Source: Octopus vulgaris (taxonomy: Eukaryota). From it: a stretch of DNA of 64,000 bases. Where the stretch lies: positions 24,242,001-24,306,000 of the forward strand of contig OX597824.1 in the NCBI GenBank assembly GCA_951406725.2. Reading direction: 5' to 3'. The notes under the pieces were generated by a model. The model was not told the origin of the DNA. It searched no databases and saw only the letters and a list, made by a program, of their open reading frames with translations. The position numbers and the translations under genes are program-made. How positions within the stretch are numbered: the first letter of the stretch is position 1; the number at the start of each line of letters is the position of its first letter. Below, piece after piece: positions 12,335-24,495 of the stretch.

Positions 12335-12480
12335 CAAAATGGAACAAGAACGCAAAACGTCCGGACAACTAGGTGATACTAAAGGGGACAACAAAATATC
12401 CATATAGACGATACAAAAAGAAACACGGACGGGTCATTCGAGGCCTTTTATCTTCAGTCAAGAACCGGATCATCCTCGCA
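12328..12480 (-). mobile_element. Solo fragment related to the 9740-10746 terminal repeat
   Basis: GATGATCCGGTTCTTGACTGAAGA...GACCCGTCCGTGTTT; between (TA)n and (GATA)n. Confidence 0.6.
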
Positions 12481-12486
12481 ATATAT

Positions 12487-12588
<102 letters not shown>

Positions 12589-13180
12589 TATACAAGAAAT
12601 ATTTTCTACCTTATATATGTGTGTGTGTGTGTGTATCAAAAACATATATACATCAAATAAATATATTTAAGTAAGTCCTGCTTTCGTATGTAAGTTATAT
12701 CCTATAAAGAGGCTTCCAGCTAAATGTACAATGTACATACAAAACTCATTTGTGATGTTTGATTAAATGTACATAGAGAATAGATTGAATTATAAACAGT
12801 ACCAAATAACTTTTTTATATTCTAACTTTATTTTCCTAATTTATGAATATTGTACTAATATATAAATGTTTCTTCATGCAAAACATGAAAATCCACAGAA
12901 GATGGCATTTGGCTATGCAAGTGTAAGAAATATACATCTTCATAGGAGTTTGAACTTTCAACTCTTTTTTATTTAACAGTGATGACCGCACCCCACCCTA
13001 TTTTCTTTTTTGTTTCTACTGCCTAAAATTGACATCTTTGAAAGGTCAGCAGCCCTTGTGAGAAAATGTGTTTATTTACAAATATGTTAATAAGCAAATA
13101 ATGGAAAAAGAAAAAAGAAAACAAGAAACGTGCTTTGTAATGTAATTTCAATGAATTGACCACATCAAATTGAAAAAATC

Positions 13181-13215
<35 letters not shown>

Positions 13216-13367
13216 GGGCAGCTGCATCGAACTCTCTCATGCACCAAATAGCAGTTGCTAGAAAGCCTCCATGAAGTGAAACCAAGTAGCAACACCAAAT
13301 GGCGGTGCCCCAGCATGGCCACAGCTCATAGGCTGAAACTAGAATCAATCAATCAATCAATCAATCA

Positions 13368-13370
<3 letters not shown>
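13216..13370 (+). mobile_element. Extreme 3' end of a LINE with (AATC)n tail, embedded in (TA)n
   Basis: Short ORF end RAAASNSLMHQIAVARKPP*, then GGCGGTGCCCCAGCATGGCCACAGCTCATAGGCTGAAAC and (AATC)n; similar tail at 25403-25458. Confidence 0.6.
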
Positions 13371-13421
<51 letters not shown>

Positions 13422-13474
13422 GTTTAAATATTTGTTGTGCAAGATTTTTTATGTGAAGTCGTGTGTTGAAACAG

Positions 13475-13763
13475 ATATTGTTATATTTCGGAATGGTCAT
13501 ATTGCCAGTTTAGCCAATAAAAACACACGCACTATATATTTGGTGTTATTTTGCTTCAGCGATATTTATTTTTTACATTAATCTTAATCTTATTTCGGCC
13601 AGAGTTCTTTCGTCACACTCCTGGCCGAAAGAACTCTGGCCGAAATAAGATTAAGATTAATGTAAAAAATAAATATCACTGAGGCAAAATAACACCAAAT
13701 ATATAGTGCGTGTGTTTTTATTGGCTAAACTGGCAATATGACCATTCCGAAATATAACAATAT
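13475..13763. repeat. Near-perfect palindrome, 138-bp arms, 13-bp spacer
   Basis: 13475-13612 vs 13626-13763, two visible mismatches; sits between (TA)n tracts. Confidence 0.95.
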
Positions 13764-14181
13764 ATATATATATATATATGACTACCTATCTACCTATCCT
13801 TTCCCCATCCTTTTCACCTCTTTCATGAATGTCCTGAAACATCTCCCTCTCTGTCTATTTTCCCCTCCTCTTTACTTATCTTTCTATCCTTTTTCTTCCA
13901 AAAAATCAAAACAAATATTCTCCTCTTCAAAAACAAAACAAATATGCATCCGACTCATACAAATGAAGAACGATACCTTCTGTTTTCACCATTTTGATTT
14001 TGATTTTGTCTTCACGATTTCGGAAAAAGAAAGAAGCGTTAATAAAGAATTATCCGACATTCTGACTGCCTGGTTTTCTCAATATACAATATCTGTACAC
14101 CACTTCATACACTGTTTCTCTCTCTTTTTCTCTTCCTTTCTTTCTCTCTCTCTCTCTTTATATATATATTATATATATGAG

Positions 14182-14235
<54 letters not shown>

Positions 14236-14248
14236 ATATGAGTATGTA

Positions 14249-14301
<53 letters not shown>

Positions 14302-14799
14302 GCATATAGATACATAGTGAAGCCCGAAGGCATGGAATATAGTGCTTGTCTTGTATAAAAGTATAAGCCATCTACTGAATTATGCATTTAATTCCAAACA
14401 TTAAATTATCATTTTTATTACGAATTAGAAATCATTGACTTTTTATGTCTCAAAATTAATATTTAGTGTTTTATTCTATGTAGTTCTATATATTCTATAA
14501 TACTGAATAACATGCATATCTAGAGGGCACATGTGTGTGTGTGTGTGATTTTGATTTCGTTGGTTAACCTACAAAGTTCGGAAATTATAAAAATATATTG
14601 TGGTTTGTGAAATATATTTGAATAGGAAGTAAAGAAATATGAGCTCTTTCGGAAGAACTCCTTTATTTTCCTTGAAAAGAGCATTATGCTTTCATTTCAC
14701 ATTAATCTTAGGAGCTAAAAGCCTTTCAAATACATAGCTACCGAACATTCTTCACAAGCTTCGAGAATTGTCTGGTTTTACTATATGGACAAAACATGA

Positions 14800-14922
14800 T
14801 GTAGAGATATCTGTAGCGGAGACTACAGTACTTATTCGATATAAAATCTTGATAGTTTACGAAAGACAAGCAGCAAACCTCAGTCATTTTCATCTAACTT
14901 GCCTACGAAAAATCCTCAACAT
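14800..14922 (+). pseudogene. Degenerate RTE-type ORF fragment
   Basis: IVYERQAANLSHFHLTCLRKILNM resembles the RTE motif TVY.RH...L..FH..CLRKIL. Confidence 0.5.
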
Positions 14923-14986
14923 GAAGTGCCCTTCCCTGTATATTGGTCAAACGGGACGTCACTTGTCTGACCGGTTCGCGGAGTAG
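14923..14986 (+). pseudogene. Tiny Penelope-type GIY-YIG fragment
   Basis: KCPSLYIGQTGRHLSDRFAE (YIGQTGR motif). Confidence 0.65.
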
Positions 14987-15199
14987 CGTAAAAAAAACCT
15001 CATAATAGAAAAATCCACCAATTTCTTCACTTAAATATATTTATTTATATTATATTTATTTACTTTGGTAGTTTTGACTTTAAGAGTCCTTCCTAGCGTG
15101 TGGCATTTATGTATAGTAATGCCCTTTATATAATATAAATAAATATATTTAAGTGAAAAAATTGGTGGATTGTTTTCTCTTATGAGGTTTTTCACGCTA
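14984..15199. repeat. Inverted repeat, ~70-bp arms
   Basis: 14984-15055 vs 15128-15199. Confidence 0.85.
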
Positions 15200-15479
15200 A
15201 CTACTTGATAAATTCTTATAAAGCGTCGGGCTATGTGGTTGTTGAATACAGGAAACTATCTGATTGCAACAACAAAAACACGCACAACTAGGAAACGTCG
15301 GACAAGGAAACAACAGTTTCAACAACAATTACACCAACAGCAACGGCACTACCAGTAACAACAACAACAATGTTGAATGAAGGACAGATTTTGAGTGCTC
15401 TGTCGTCTGCTGTCGATTTACGCCTTTTGTGTGAAAGCGACTAAGGTGTAAGGAAGTGACGTGTTCGGGAAGGAGTCGT

Positions 15480-16023
15480 CGTAGTTGGTGATGATGATGA
15501 TGACTGTGGTGGTGGTGGTGGTGGTTATGTTGTTGTTGCTGTTGTTGTTGGTGGTGGTGGTGTGGTTGGTGGTGCTGGTCATAGATGTCCAGTGGTGGCT
15601 AGTTGTGACGGCTGTCACTGTGATGGCGGGGCGGTGGCGGTAACGGTGACGATTATGGTGGAGATGAGGTAGTGGAGTTGTGGTGACGGCGATGGTGATT
15701 TTATGGTAGAGATTGGGTGGTGGTGGTGGTGGTGGTGGTAGCGATTTTGGCGATGGTGGTGATTATAGTGGTGGTCTGTTGGGTGAGATGGTGATGGAGG
15801 TGTTGAATGTTCTTATGGTAGTGCTTGAGCTGGTGTTGGTGGCGGTAATTATGAAAGAGATGGCAGTGGCAATGTGCGGTAATGGTGGTGGCAGTGGTGG
15901 TAGCGGTGGTAATGGTGGTAGTGGGGGTGGTGAAGGGGTCGTAATTACGGTACTGTTTGTTAATGGCAACGTTGATGGTAATTAGTGTACAGCTGTGTAG
16001 CAGTGGTAATGATTGGGAAGGTT

Positions 16024-16094
<71 letters not shown>

Positions 16095-16105
16095 GGTGGT
16101 GATGG
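15480..16105 (+). repeat. Compound (GGT)/(GAT)/(GTT)/(TAG) trinucleotide low-complexity tract
   Basis: Direct reading. Confidence 0.9.
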
Positions 16106-16468
16106 TTGTAGGGTGCTTTTGTCGGCGGCAGTTGTAAGAAGAGGGTGGAACGGTGGAGGGTATTTCCAGACATTGGCTGGTATTCATTGACCTCAACAGC
16201 GGAAGTATCGTGTCTCAATGGTGGTCGGTGAAAACAAATAAAGAAGAGAAAAAGGAGAAAAGAATAAACATGCATATATATATATATACACTCACACACA
16301 TATATATATATATGTATATATATGCGTGTCTATATATAGATCTACGGGTGGATGGTTGTGTGGGGTGTATATATAAATTGTAGACGAATGGCCAAATAGC
16401 AGGAGAGGTAGGAAGGAAGTAAGGAAGAAACGAAGGAAGAAAGAAAGGTAGAACTAAAGCAAGAATTA

Positions 16469-16515
<47 letters not shown>

Positions 16516-16687
16516 GGAGACTAACAAATACATGAATAAATAAAGATACAGAGAGAGAGGGGGGAGAGAGGGAATTCGTAAGGAAGAAAGCAAAAAAAAA
16601 AAAAGACATGAACTGCAAATTGAAGAACAACGGAAAACAATTGGCAAAAGAACAAAATAAATATAAAACAAATACATAACAAATAGA

Positions 16688-16986
16688 TTTCAGTCATTTG
16701 ATTGCGGCCATGCTGGAGCACCACCTTTAGTCGAATCAAATCGACCCCAGGACTTATTCTTTGTAAGCCTAGTACTTATTCTATCGGATGTCTTTTGCCG
16801 AACCGCTAAGTTACGGGGACATGAACACACCAGCATCGGTTGTCAAGCGATTTTGGGGGGACAAACACAGACACACAAAGACACATACATATATATATAT
16901 ATACATATACACGACAGGCTTCTTTCAGTTTCCGTCTACCAAATCCACTCACAAGGCTTTGGTCGGCCCGAGGCTATAGTAGAAGA
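16688..16986 (-). mobile_element. SINE family A, 5'-truncated
   Basis: Matches the body and tail of 208-626. Confidence 0.85.
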
Positions 16987-17561
16987 GGCACAATTTCAAG
17001 ATTAATATCAATTTCCGGTGTTTGTTAATGAATATTTCTGATAAAAGGAAATTTTTATAATATACTGATATGATTTTTGGAAGAAATTTTGTTGGTATGG
17101 CTGATTGGATTGTTGTAAGGCTTACAATAAAGACTATGTGATCGCTGTTATTTCTAGCACGCTAAACGTTGTTCGGTTACCTTACAGATATATTACAACT
17201 GCGATAAATTTCTGAAAGAAATATTTACCATCAAGTGAGATTTTTTTATAAATTGAAGTTTTCAGGAAAATTTACTTTCTGAACTTCCTTTTATTATTGA
17301 ATATTTCAAGTTCACAAATTTAAATATTCGGTACAAGTTTTTTATGATCTTTTATTTATACGAGTTTTTCACTTCATGTTATTTCATTCATTGTTTGCAA
17401 TCTTCTCTCTCACCCTCTCACACACACACTCATACACACACACACACACTGCTTCTCTAACATAAGCACACACAAACTCCAGGTTTGATTCTGTTATTAC
17501 ACAAATATCACATTAGAATTTTGCAATTCAATATGGATCGTCCAAGATGTATGCGACTGGA

Positions 17562-17889
17562 GTGAGGGCGCATGGCTTAGTGGTTAAGGCATTCGGCTCA
17601 TGATCGTAAGGTTGTGAGTTCGATTCCCGGCGACGTGTTGTGTCCTTGAGCAAGACACTTTATTTCACGTTGCTCCAGTCCACTCAGCTGGCAAAAATGA
17701 GTTGTACTTGTATTTCAAAGGGTCAGCCTTGTCACTCTCTGTGTCACGCTGATTATCCCCGAGAACTACGTTAAGGGTACACGTGTCTGTGGAATGCTCA
17801 GCCATTTGCACGTTAATTTCACGAGCAAGCTGTTCCGTTGATCGTATCAGCTGGGACCCTCATCGTCGTAACCGGCGGAGTCTTTTTTA
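17562..17889 (+). mobile_element. SINE family E (tRNA head + CORE-like domain + family C 3' half) with 11-bp TSD
   Basis: TGGCTTAGTGGTTAAG A box, GAGTTCGATTCCC B box, TGTGTCCTTGAGCAAGACACTT CORE-like motif; TSD ATGCGACTGGA at 17551-17561 and 17890-17900. Confidence 0.88.
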
Positions 17890-18024
17890 ATGCGACTGGA
17901 AAAGCTTTTTTTTTTTTGCACACTAAACGTAGTGGGACTACCTTGATGTTTGTTTGAAAAAGAGAGATTATAAATGTAACTATTATACAAAGAAATAATT
18001 AGACGTAAAATATGAAAATTATTA

Positions 18025-18175
18025 GGTGTAGGAGTGGCTATGTGGTAAGTAGCTTGCTTACCAACCACATGGTTCCGGGTTCAGTCCCACTGCGTGGCAC
18101 CTTGGGCAAGTGTCTTTTACTATAGCCTCAGGCCGACCAAAGCCTTGTGAGTGGATTTGGTTGACGGAAACTGAA

Positions 18176-18217
<42 letters not shown>

Positions 18218-18454
18218 GTGTATGTATGTATGTGTGTGTATATGTTTGTGTGTCTGTGTTTGTCCCCCCAACTTTGCTTGACAACTGATGCTGGTGTGTT
18301 TACGTCCCCGTAACTTAGCGGTTCGGCAAAATGTACCGATAGAATAAGTACTGGGCATACAAAGAATAAGTCCCGGGGTCGATTTGCTCGACTAAATGCG
18401 GTGCTCCAGCATGACCACAGCCAAACGACTGAAACAAGTAAAAGAGTAAAAGAG
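18025..18454 (+). mobile_element. SINE family A, full length
   Basis: Head, ACCTTGGGCAAGTG, internal (TA)n/(TG)n, tail ending GTAAAAGAGTAAAAGAG. Confidence 0.88.
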
Positions 18455-18613
18455 AATTTGGAATCAAGCGTCAAAATATTATCAAGTGGCCAGCAAGCAG
18501 AAAACTGCCCTGAGTGCGGTCTTTCTGCTAGTACGTATAAGCGAGAATAAGGATTCAAAGAATCAAACAGAGCTTATATTTGTATGAATGGGTGTACACG
18601 TTCGAATGGTGAT

Positions 18614-18692
18614 ATAATTTATACACATGATATGTGTATAATTATACACATGATATGTGTATAATTTTTTATACACATGATATGTGTATAAT
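18614..18692. repeat. Three tandem copies of a self-complementary ~23-bp unit
   Basis: TATACACATGATATGTGTATAAT x3. Confidence 0.85.
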
Positions 18693-18786
18693 ATGATTAT
18701 GAAACAGATGTAAACTAATGGAATAAACATCGGTTTTCTTACTTCACTTATCTGACACAAATTGTTTGTTTGAAAAAGAGAGATTA

Positions 18787-19184
18787 TCTTTATATATAAA
18801 AGAGAAGCTGTGTGTCTGTCTCATACGATTTAGATTCCTAACTACTCCCACATTTTGCGGTGCAGTTTAACCAAAACCGGGTATCTTATAGTCGTGATTC
18901 ATATCGAGACCTTCTGGGTATTAGCGCGCGTCTACGCTGAGTCTATGATTTTAAAAAAAATTTACCATTATTTTTTTTCCATTTTAATGCATTTTTTCGC
19001 TATTATATAAGGGAAGTAACTCTCTAAAAATGTCTACGATGAGTCAACGATTTTTAAAAAATTTACCATCATTTTTTTTCCATTTTTAATGGATTTTTTT
19101 GCTATTTTTTGGCTATAACTCTCTAAAAATGCTTATATAGTTATTTCCCTTACAAACCCGAGCAACGCCGGGCGATACTGCTAG
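18787..19184 (+). mobile_element. Non-autonomous Helitron
   Basis: 5' TC (TCTTTATATATAAAA), subterminal hairpin CCCG-AGCAACGC-CGGG, 3' CTAG, inserted between A and T without TSD. Confidence 0.88.
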
Positions 19185-20068
19185 TAAATTATAAATCCAT
19201 TTTCTTTAAAATTGCGAAATATGACAATAATATATGTGTACATATAAGGTTTCAAACATTGGTACAATACCAACAATTTAGAGAGGAGAGAACATTTACG
19301 TCGACCTCAGTACACGGCTGGTACTTAATAAACCAACTCCGAAATGACGATAGACAAATTAGCTTTTGCAATTTTGTCCGGTGCGATACCGGTTCTGCTG
19401 GCTCGCCATTTTTATGATTGTGTGCGTATGTGTGCGTGAATGTGTGTGCGCATGTGTGTGTATGCGCATGTGTGTGTATGCGCGTGTGTGTGTGTGCGTG
19501 TGTGTGTGTGTGTGCGTGTGCGTGTATGTGTATGTGCGTGCCTGTGTGTGTGTGTCTGTGTGTGTGTCTGTATGTGTGTGTGGTGTGAAGAGAGACAGAG
19601 CGATAACAAATCATCTTCAAGAACCTGTTGAAAAACAGCGAAAAAAAAATCGATAAATTATCTTTGCTATAATCTTTTTATCGTTTCTACTATCTTACAT
19701 GTCTTCGTTGTCTATCCATATTCTCATTTATTTATCTATTACTTATAGTTCTCACATTGTAAATGTGTAAGGTACTTAGTTTCCTGTGAAAGTCACTTCA
19801 GTTTCACACTTGGTCATTTATCGACACCTCTCAATCGCTCTATGTTCTGTTACATATTTTATTATTAAAAATAGAACGTTCGTACATCAGACAAAATGCA
19901 TAGAAGCGTGCCTTCAGAGTTTTTACGTTCTGAGTTCAAGCTCAACTGAGGTTGATTTGACATTTCATCCTTTCGGTAGTCGAGAAAATAGGTGCCAGTT
20001 CAATACTAGGGACGACGCCCTTCATAATTGCTCACCTAGAACCAGATTTAGAAAGAATTATTAAGAAT

Positions 20069-20410
20069 TCTGAGACCCCGCTTCGGTCACGACACAGAAC
20101 ATGGGATTGCACCTAGAAAGTTACCCTCTCAGGCACAAGTCCGAGCAAGGTTGTTTATGGAAGACCAGCAGTCGCCCATGTATACCAGCCTCCCCTCTCC
20201 ACGCCACCAGTGTTATCCAAGGGAAAGACAAAGGTCGATACAGCTTGGCACCTGTGACGTCGCAGCTCATTTCTACAGATGAGTGAACTGGAGCAACGTG
20301 AAATAAAGTGTCTGGCTCAAGAACACAACACGTAGCTCGGTCCGGGATTCGAGCTCACAACATCACGATCGTAAGCTCGACGCTCTAACCACTGAGCCAT
20401 GCGCCTTCAC
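20069..20410 (-). mobile_element. SINE family F (same head/CORE-like region as E, different tail) with 10-bp TSD
   Basis: GTGAAGGCGCATGGCTCAGTGGTTAGAGC head; TSD TATTAAGAAT at 20059-20068 and 20411-20420. Confidence 0.85.
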
Positions 20411-20561
20411 TATTAAGAATACATAGTTAGTAAATCGGCTTTGCGTCATTTCTTCCAGGTCTTTACGTTCTGAATTTAAATTCCGTTGAGGCCGACTTCA
20501 TTTTCTATCATTTCTGAATCGATAAAATAGCTCCCAGTTAGAACCTGGGGTCAATGTAACC

Positions 20562-20792
20562 TATTTCTTTACTACCTACAAGAGGCTAAACACAAAGGGG
20601 ACAAACAAGGACAAACAAACGGATTAAGTCAATTACATCGACCCCAATGGTAACTGGTACTTAATTTATCGACCCCGAAAGGATGAAAGGTAAAGTCGAC
20701 CTCGGCGGAATTTGAACTCAGAACGTAACGGCAGACGAAATACGGCTACGCATTTCGCCCGACGTACTAGCGTTTCTGCCAGCTCGCCACCT
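20562..20792 (-). mobile_element. SINE family B with 16-bp TSD, nested antisense in an older B-like copy
   Basis: TSD TGGGGTCAATGTAACC at 20546-20561 and 20793-20808; diverged host copy from about 20425 to 20830. Confidence 0.88.
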
Positions 20793-21103
20793 TGGGGTCA
20801 ATGTAACCGACTTCTCTATTCCTCTATAATTACTGAAAATTTGCTAAACATTTTTAAAGGCGACGAAGAGACAGAATCGCTAAGGGCGACGAATTAAGCC
20901 GAAAGCACTGATCAGATATGAAGTTTTTACATCTTTTACTACAAGCAAGCATTTTTTTTTTTTTTGGACACGGTAACTGCAGTGAATACTCGTGCTGACG
21001 TCATTCGAAAGCAATATAAGGAAGCGCATTGTGACCAGCGGTATGTAAGAACATCCGATTGTCTTGTCACTTCACTGATACAGTGAAGTGTGTATGTGTG
21101 TGT

Positions 21104-21408
21104 GCGCCATCCAACCAAAATGCAAATATATGGGAAACTACCACCTGTGTCATCTCTTGTGAAAGGTAGGAGAGTTCAGTTTGCTGGACATTGTTGTAGA
21201 GCTGAAAAAGAGATAATTTCTACTTTTCTCCTCTGGAAGCCATCTACTCGCAGTACCAGAGGGCGCACACTCTCCTACCCTGATGTAATCTCCAGGGATA
21301 CAGGCATCCAGCAACAGGACCTCCGTAATGTCATGATGGACCGTGAAGTCTGGCGTAGCATGGTAAATTCCATTGTCTCGACCACGGTCGAACAATGAGG
21401 ATGATGAT
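21104..21408 (+). mobile_element. RTE-group LINE 3' end with (GAT)n tail, inside (TG)n
   Basis: RHPTKMQIYGKLPPVSSLVKGRRVQFAGHCCRA...MMDREVWRSMVNSI; second copy at 56086-56459. Confidence 0.82.
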
Positions 21409-21411
21409 GTG

Positions 21412-21475
<64 letters not shown>

Positions 21476-21723
21476 TGTGTGTGTATGGGTGGATATTGGT
21501 ATAAATACATATATATATGCAAAACAAAAGGAATCGGCATGAATTACGAACAAGAACAATGGAAGATATAATAAATACCAGCCACAAAAAAGTTCTGATT
21601 AAGTTCAGGGGGAAACAAATACCACGTGATAAACGCAACCCAGCTCAGAGTGAGATCGGAGATAATCTCTCAAGGAATCAACAATTCTCTCTGAAATAGA
21701 TATATTCTCTGGAATATATGTAT

Positions 21724-21768
<45 letters not shown>

Positions 21769-21847
21769 TATGTTAGTTAGTTAATTTGGCTCAAAAGCAA
21801 ATAGCAAGGCCATGTAGTGGGACATGGAGTTAAGTACAGGGTGGTGT

Positions 21848-24133
21848 TCATGTAAAGAGTTCAGGCCACTTGAGGTCAAGGGAGGCTTTGAACAAAGCGG
21901 TCGTCGGCATCTTCACCATCTCGTCTGGCAGCTTGTTCCACGGATCCGCAACCCGGACGGAGAAAGCTCCTCTCCTTCGATTGAGATGAAATCGTCGCAG
22001 GTAGAGCTTTTCGGAATGACCCCGCAGCCGACGCTCTGGAGCAGGAGTGAAGAACAGCTCTTTCGAGAGGTTACACTTTCCGCTTATGATGTTGTGGGCG
22101 AGAATGAGATCACCACGGCGGCGGCGTTTTTCAAGAGAATAAAGGTCGAGCGTCCTCAGCCTTTCTTCGTAGGACAAATTTTTGAGACCATGAACCATGC
22201 GGGTAGCCAGCTTCTGGACTCTTTCGACATGCTGTATGTCTTTGAGGAGATAAGGAGAAGAGGCTTGGATCCCATACTCCAATATGGGTCTCACCAGCGT
22301 GACATAGAGTGGTAGGAATATGGCTGCTGTGAGCATTCCGAATGACCGTCGAATCAAGAACAGAATTCCGCGTGCTTTGTTGGCAGCATGGACGCACTGG
22401 TCCGAAGGCGAAAAGGAGGAATCCACCAAGATACCTAGGTCCTTTACCTGATCGGTCCTCTCCAGCAGCAGAAGACCCGGCTCGAAATCAAGTTGAGTTG
22501 CAGGAGTAGAGCCGACAGGCAGATGACAGCACTTTGACACGTTCAGACACAGGTCCCAATCGTTAGACCACTTCCAAATTTGGTGGAGGCATCGACGAAG
22601 ATCCTCTATATTACCGCGAGGAGCGACCAGTTTGATATCGTCGGCAAATAGAAGGGTGTGTTGCGTGAGGTCGTCGGGCAAGTCATTTATGAAGACTAAG
22701 AACAACAAGGGCCCAAGCACTGAACCTTGAGGCACGCCACTGCTCGCACTGGAGACGTCGGACCGCGAACCATTAACTTGGACTTGGAAGGAGCGATCTG
22801 AGAGGAAGGCACCAACCCATCGTACAATATCCGGATGGAAACTATATGCTTGAAGCTTGACAAGTAATAGGCGGTGGTTTACCGAGTCAAAAGCTTTGGC
22901 AAAGTCCAGTAAAACGATGTCAACAGCATCACTATCATCGAGGATGCGCGTCACCAATTCTTCCATTACTAGTAAGTTGGTCAAGCATGATCTCTTCGGC
23001 ACGAAGCCGTGTTGGGAATCAGAGATAGAGGCTGTGTTTAGGAGGTGGAGCATCATACTTTTCTTAAGGATGGTTTCGAACATCTTGCTGATTATTGATG
23101 TAAGGGAAACCGGTCGGTAGTTAAGCGGGTCTTCGCGGCTCCCTTTCTTGAAAATTGGGCAGATTATCGCTGTTCTCCAGTCTGCAGGTATAACACCCGT
23201 CGCCAATGACATATTGAATAGTCGTGTTAAGGGCTCGCAGATGACCGGAGCCAACGCTTTGACAACCCGTGGGTGTATGCCGTCAGGGCCGTGACCCTTG
23301 TTGACATCGAGGCCTTGAATAACACGTTTGACTTCGTCCCGCGTGATGACCAATCGAAGCATTGGAGGTACCGATCTGTCAAACGGAGGGGGTTCACGAC
23401 CATCATCTTGTTTGAAAATAGTTGAAAAAGCCTCGGCAAATAATTGACTCTGTTGATAAGGGTCCTCAATCGATACGCCTGTTGAGTCTACCAACGTTGC
23501 AATCTGTTTGTTCAAGCGGGAATTCCGCTGGACATGGGCAAAGAAGGTTTTTGGATTGCTACTGGCATTTGCCGCGATTTTGTATTCATAACTGAAGCGT
23601 TCTTTCTTTTCAATTTTCACGGCTCGGTCTCGTTGAGTTTTGTACACCTCAAAAGCTGCAGTCGAATCCAGATTTTTGAATTCAGCCCAAGCAATATCTC
23701 TGAGTCGACGTTCTCGTTTAACCCTCTTCGTCACCCAGGGCTTGTGTTTCTTCCTCTTGGGAAGCCCAACGGGAACTGCCTGGTCAGTCAAACAGATTAC
23801 ATATGCTTTGAGGGATGACCATAGTTCGTCAACTGAGGACAACGTCATCAGGGATCGCCAGTCCAGAAGCGCGGAAGCCTCGGTTAGAATTTCAAGATTA
23901 ATTGCAGAGAAGACTCTACGTGGCAGCGAAGTAGTCGTGGGCGTAGAAAAAGTTGTGTGCATGACGAACTTCAGGACCGCATGATCACTCTTGGCAAGAG
24001 GGGCGCGCACAGATACGTCTGACACTGATCTTGGATAGCGGGAGAATACCAGATCTAGCATAGATGGCTGCTGCCCAGACCGATGCCTTGTCGGATATTC
24101 AACATGTTGCGATAGAAAACAATCTTCAGCCAC
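21848..24133 (-). CDS. LINE ORF2 open segment: APE C-terminus + reverse transcriptase (761 aa)
   Basis: LDLVF and SDH (APE), GPDGI, NYRPVSLTS, QHGF, DFAKAFDSV, GVPQGSVLGPLLF, FADD, KDLGI, LRGH motifs. Confidence 0.92.
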   Translation of the reverse strand: MAEDCFLSQHVEYPTRHRSGQQPSMLDLVFSRYPRSVSDVSVRAPLAKSDHAVLKFVMHTTFSTPTTTSLPRRVFSAINLEILTEASALLDWRSLMTLSSVDELWSSLKAYVICLTDQAVPVGLPKRKKHKPWVTKRVKRERRLRDIAWAEFKNLDSTAAFEVYKTQRDRAVKIEKKERFSYEYKIAANASSNPKTFFAHVQRNSRLNKQIATLVDSTGVSIEDPYQQSQLFAEAFSTIFKQDDGREPPPFDRSVPPMLRLVITRDEVKRVIQGLDVNKGHGPDGIHPRVVKALAPVICEPLTRLFNMSLATGVIPADWRTAIICPIFKKGSREDPLNYRPVSLTSIISKMFETILKKSMMLHLLNTASISDSQHGFVPKRSCLTNLLVMEELVTRILDDSDAVDIVLLDFAKAFDSVNHRLLLVKLQAYSFHPDIVRWVGAFLSDRSFQVQVNGSRSDVSSASSGVPQGSVLGPLLFLVFINDLPDDLTQHTLLFADDIKLVAPRGNIEDLRRCLHQIWKWSNDWDLCLNVSKCCHLPVGSTPATQLDFEPGLLLLERTDQVKDLGILVDSSFSPSDQCVHAANKARGILFLIRRSFGMLTAAIFLPLYVTLVRPILEYGIQASSPYLLKDIQHVERVQKLATRMVHGLKNLSYEERLRTLDLYSLEKRRRRGDLILAHNIISGKCNLSKELFFTPAPERRLRGHSEKLYLRRFHLNRRRGAFSVRVADPWNKLPDEMVKMPTTALFKASLDLKWPELFT

Positions 24134-24495
24134 ATCAAGAAGGGCCTGGCCGAACCGGGAAGATGTTGTACAAATTCATGCGGGCCAATCGATCGTGGGA
24201 GCGTTGAAGTCTTCTAGTACCAAACAGTCATGCGAAGCTGAAACGAATCTTATCGCTTCGAGTAAATGAGCATCGTCCTGGGGGTCGGCAAGAGGCGGCC
24301 TGTAGACAGCCAACACGGGCAGGCAAAACTCAGATAGGCTCAGCTTGCAATAGACGGCATCGAATTTTGTTGTAGGCTGAGCATTAGTGGGTACAATACC
24401 GCTGGACGGTTTGTGCTCAGACTTAACATACACAGCAACACCTCCACCTCGCCTTTTTCCTCTGTCACATCTGAAAAGGACGTAGCCCTGCAGGT

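Noticed and set aside
18614-18692. CRISPR-like palindromic repeats
   Set aside because: No unique spacers, eukaryotic context, no cas genes
21824-23984. Plus-strand ORFs overlapping the CR1 element
   Set aside because: Antisense shadows of a GC-rich RT ORF
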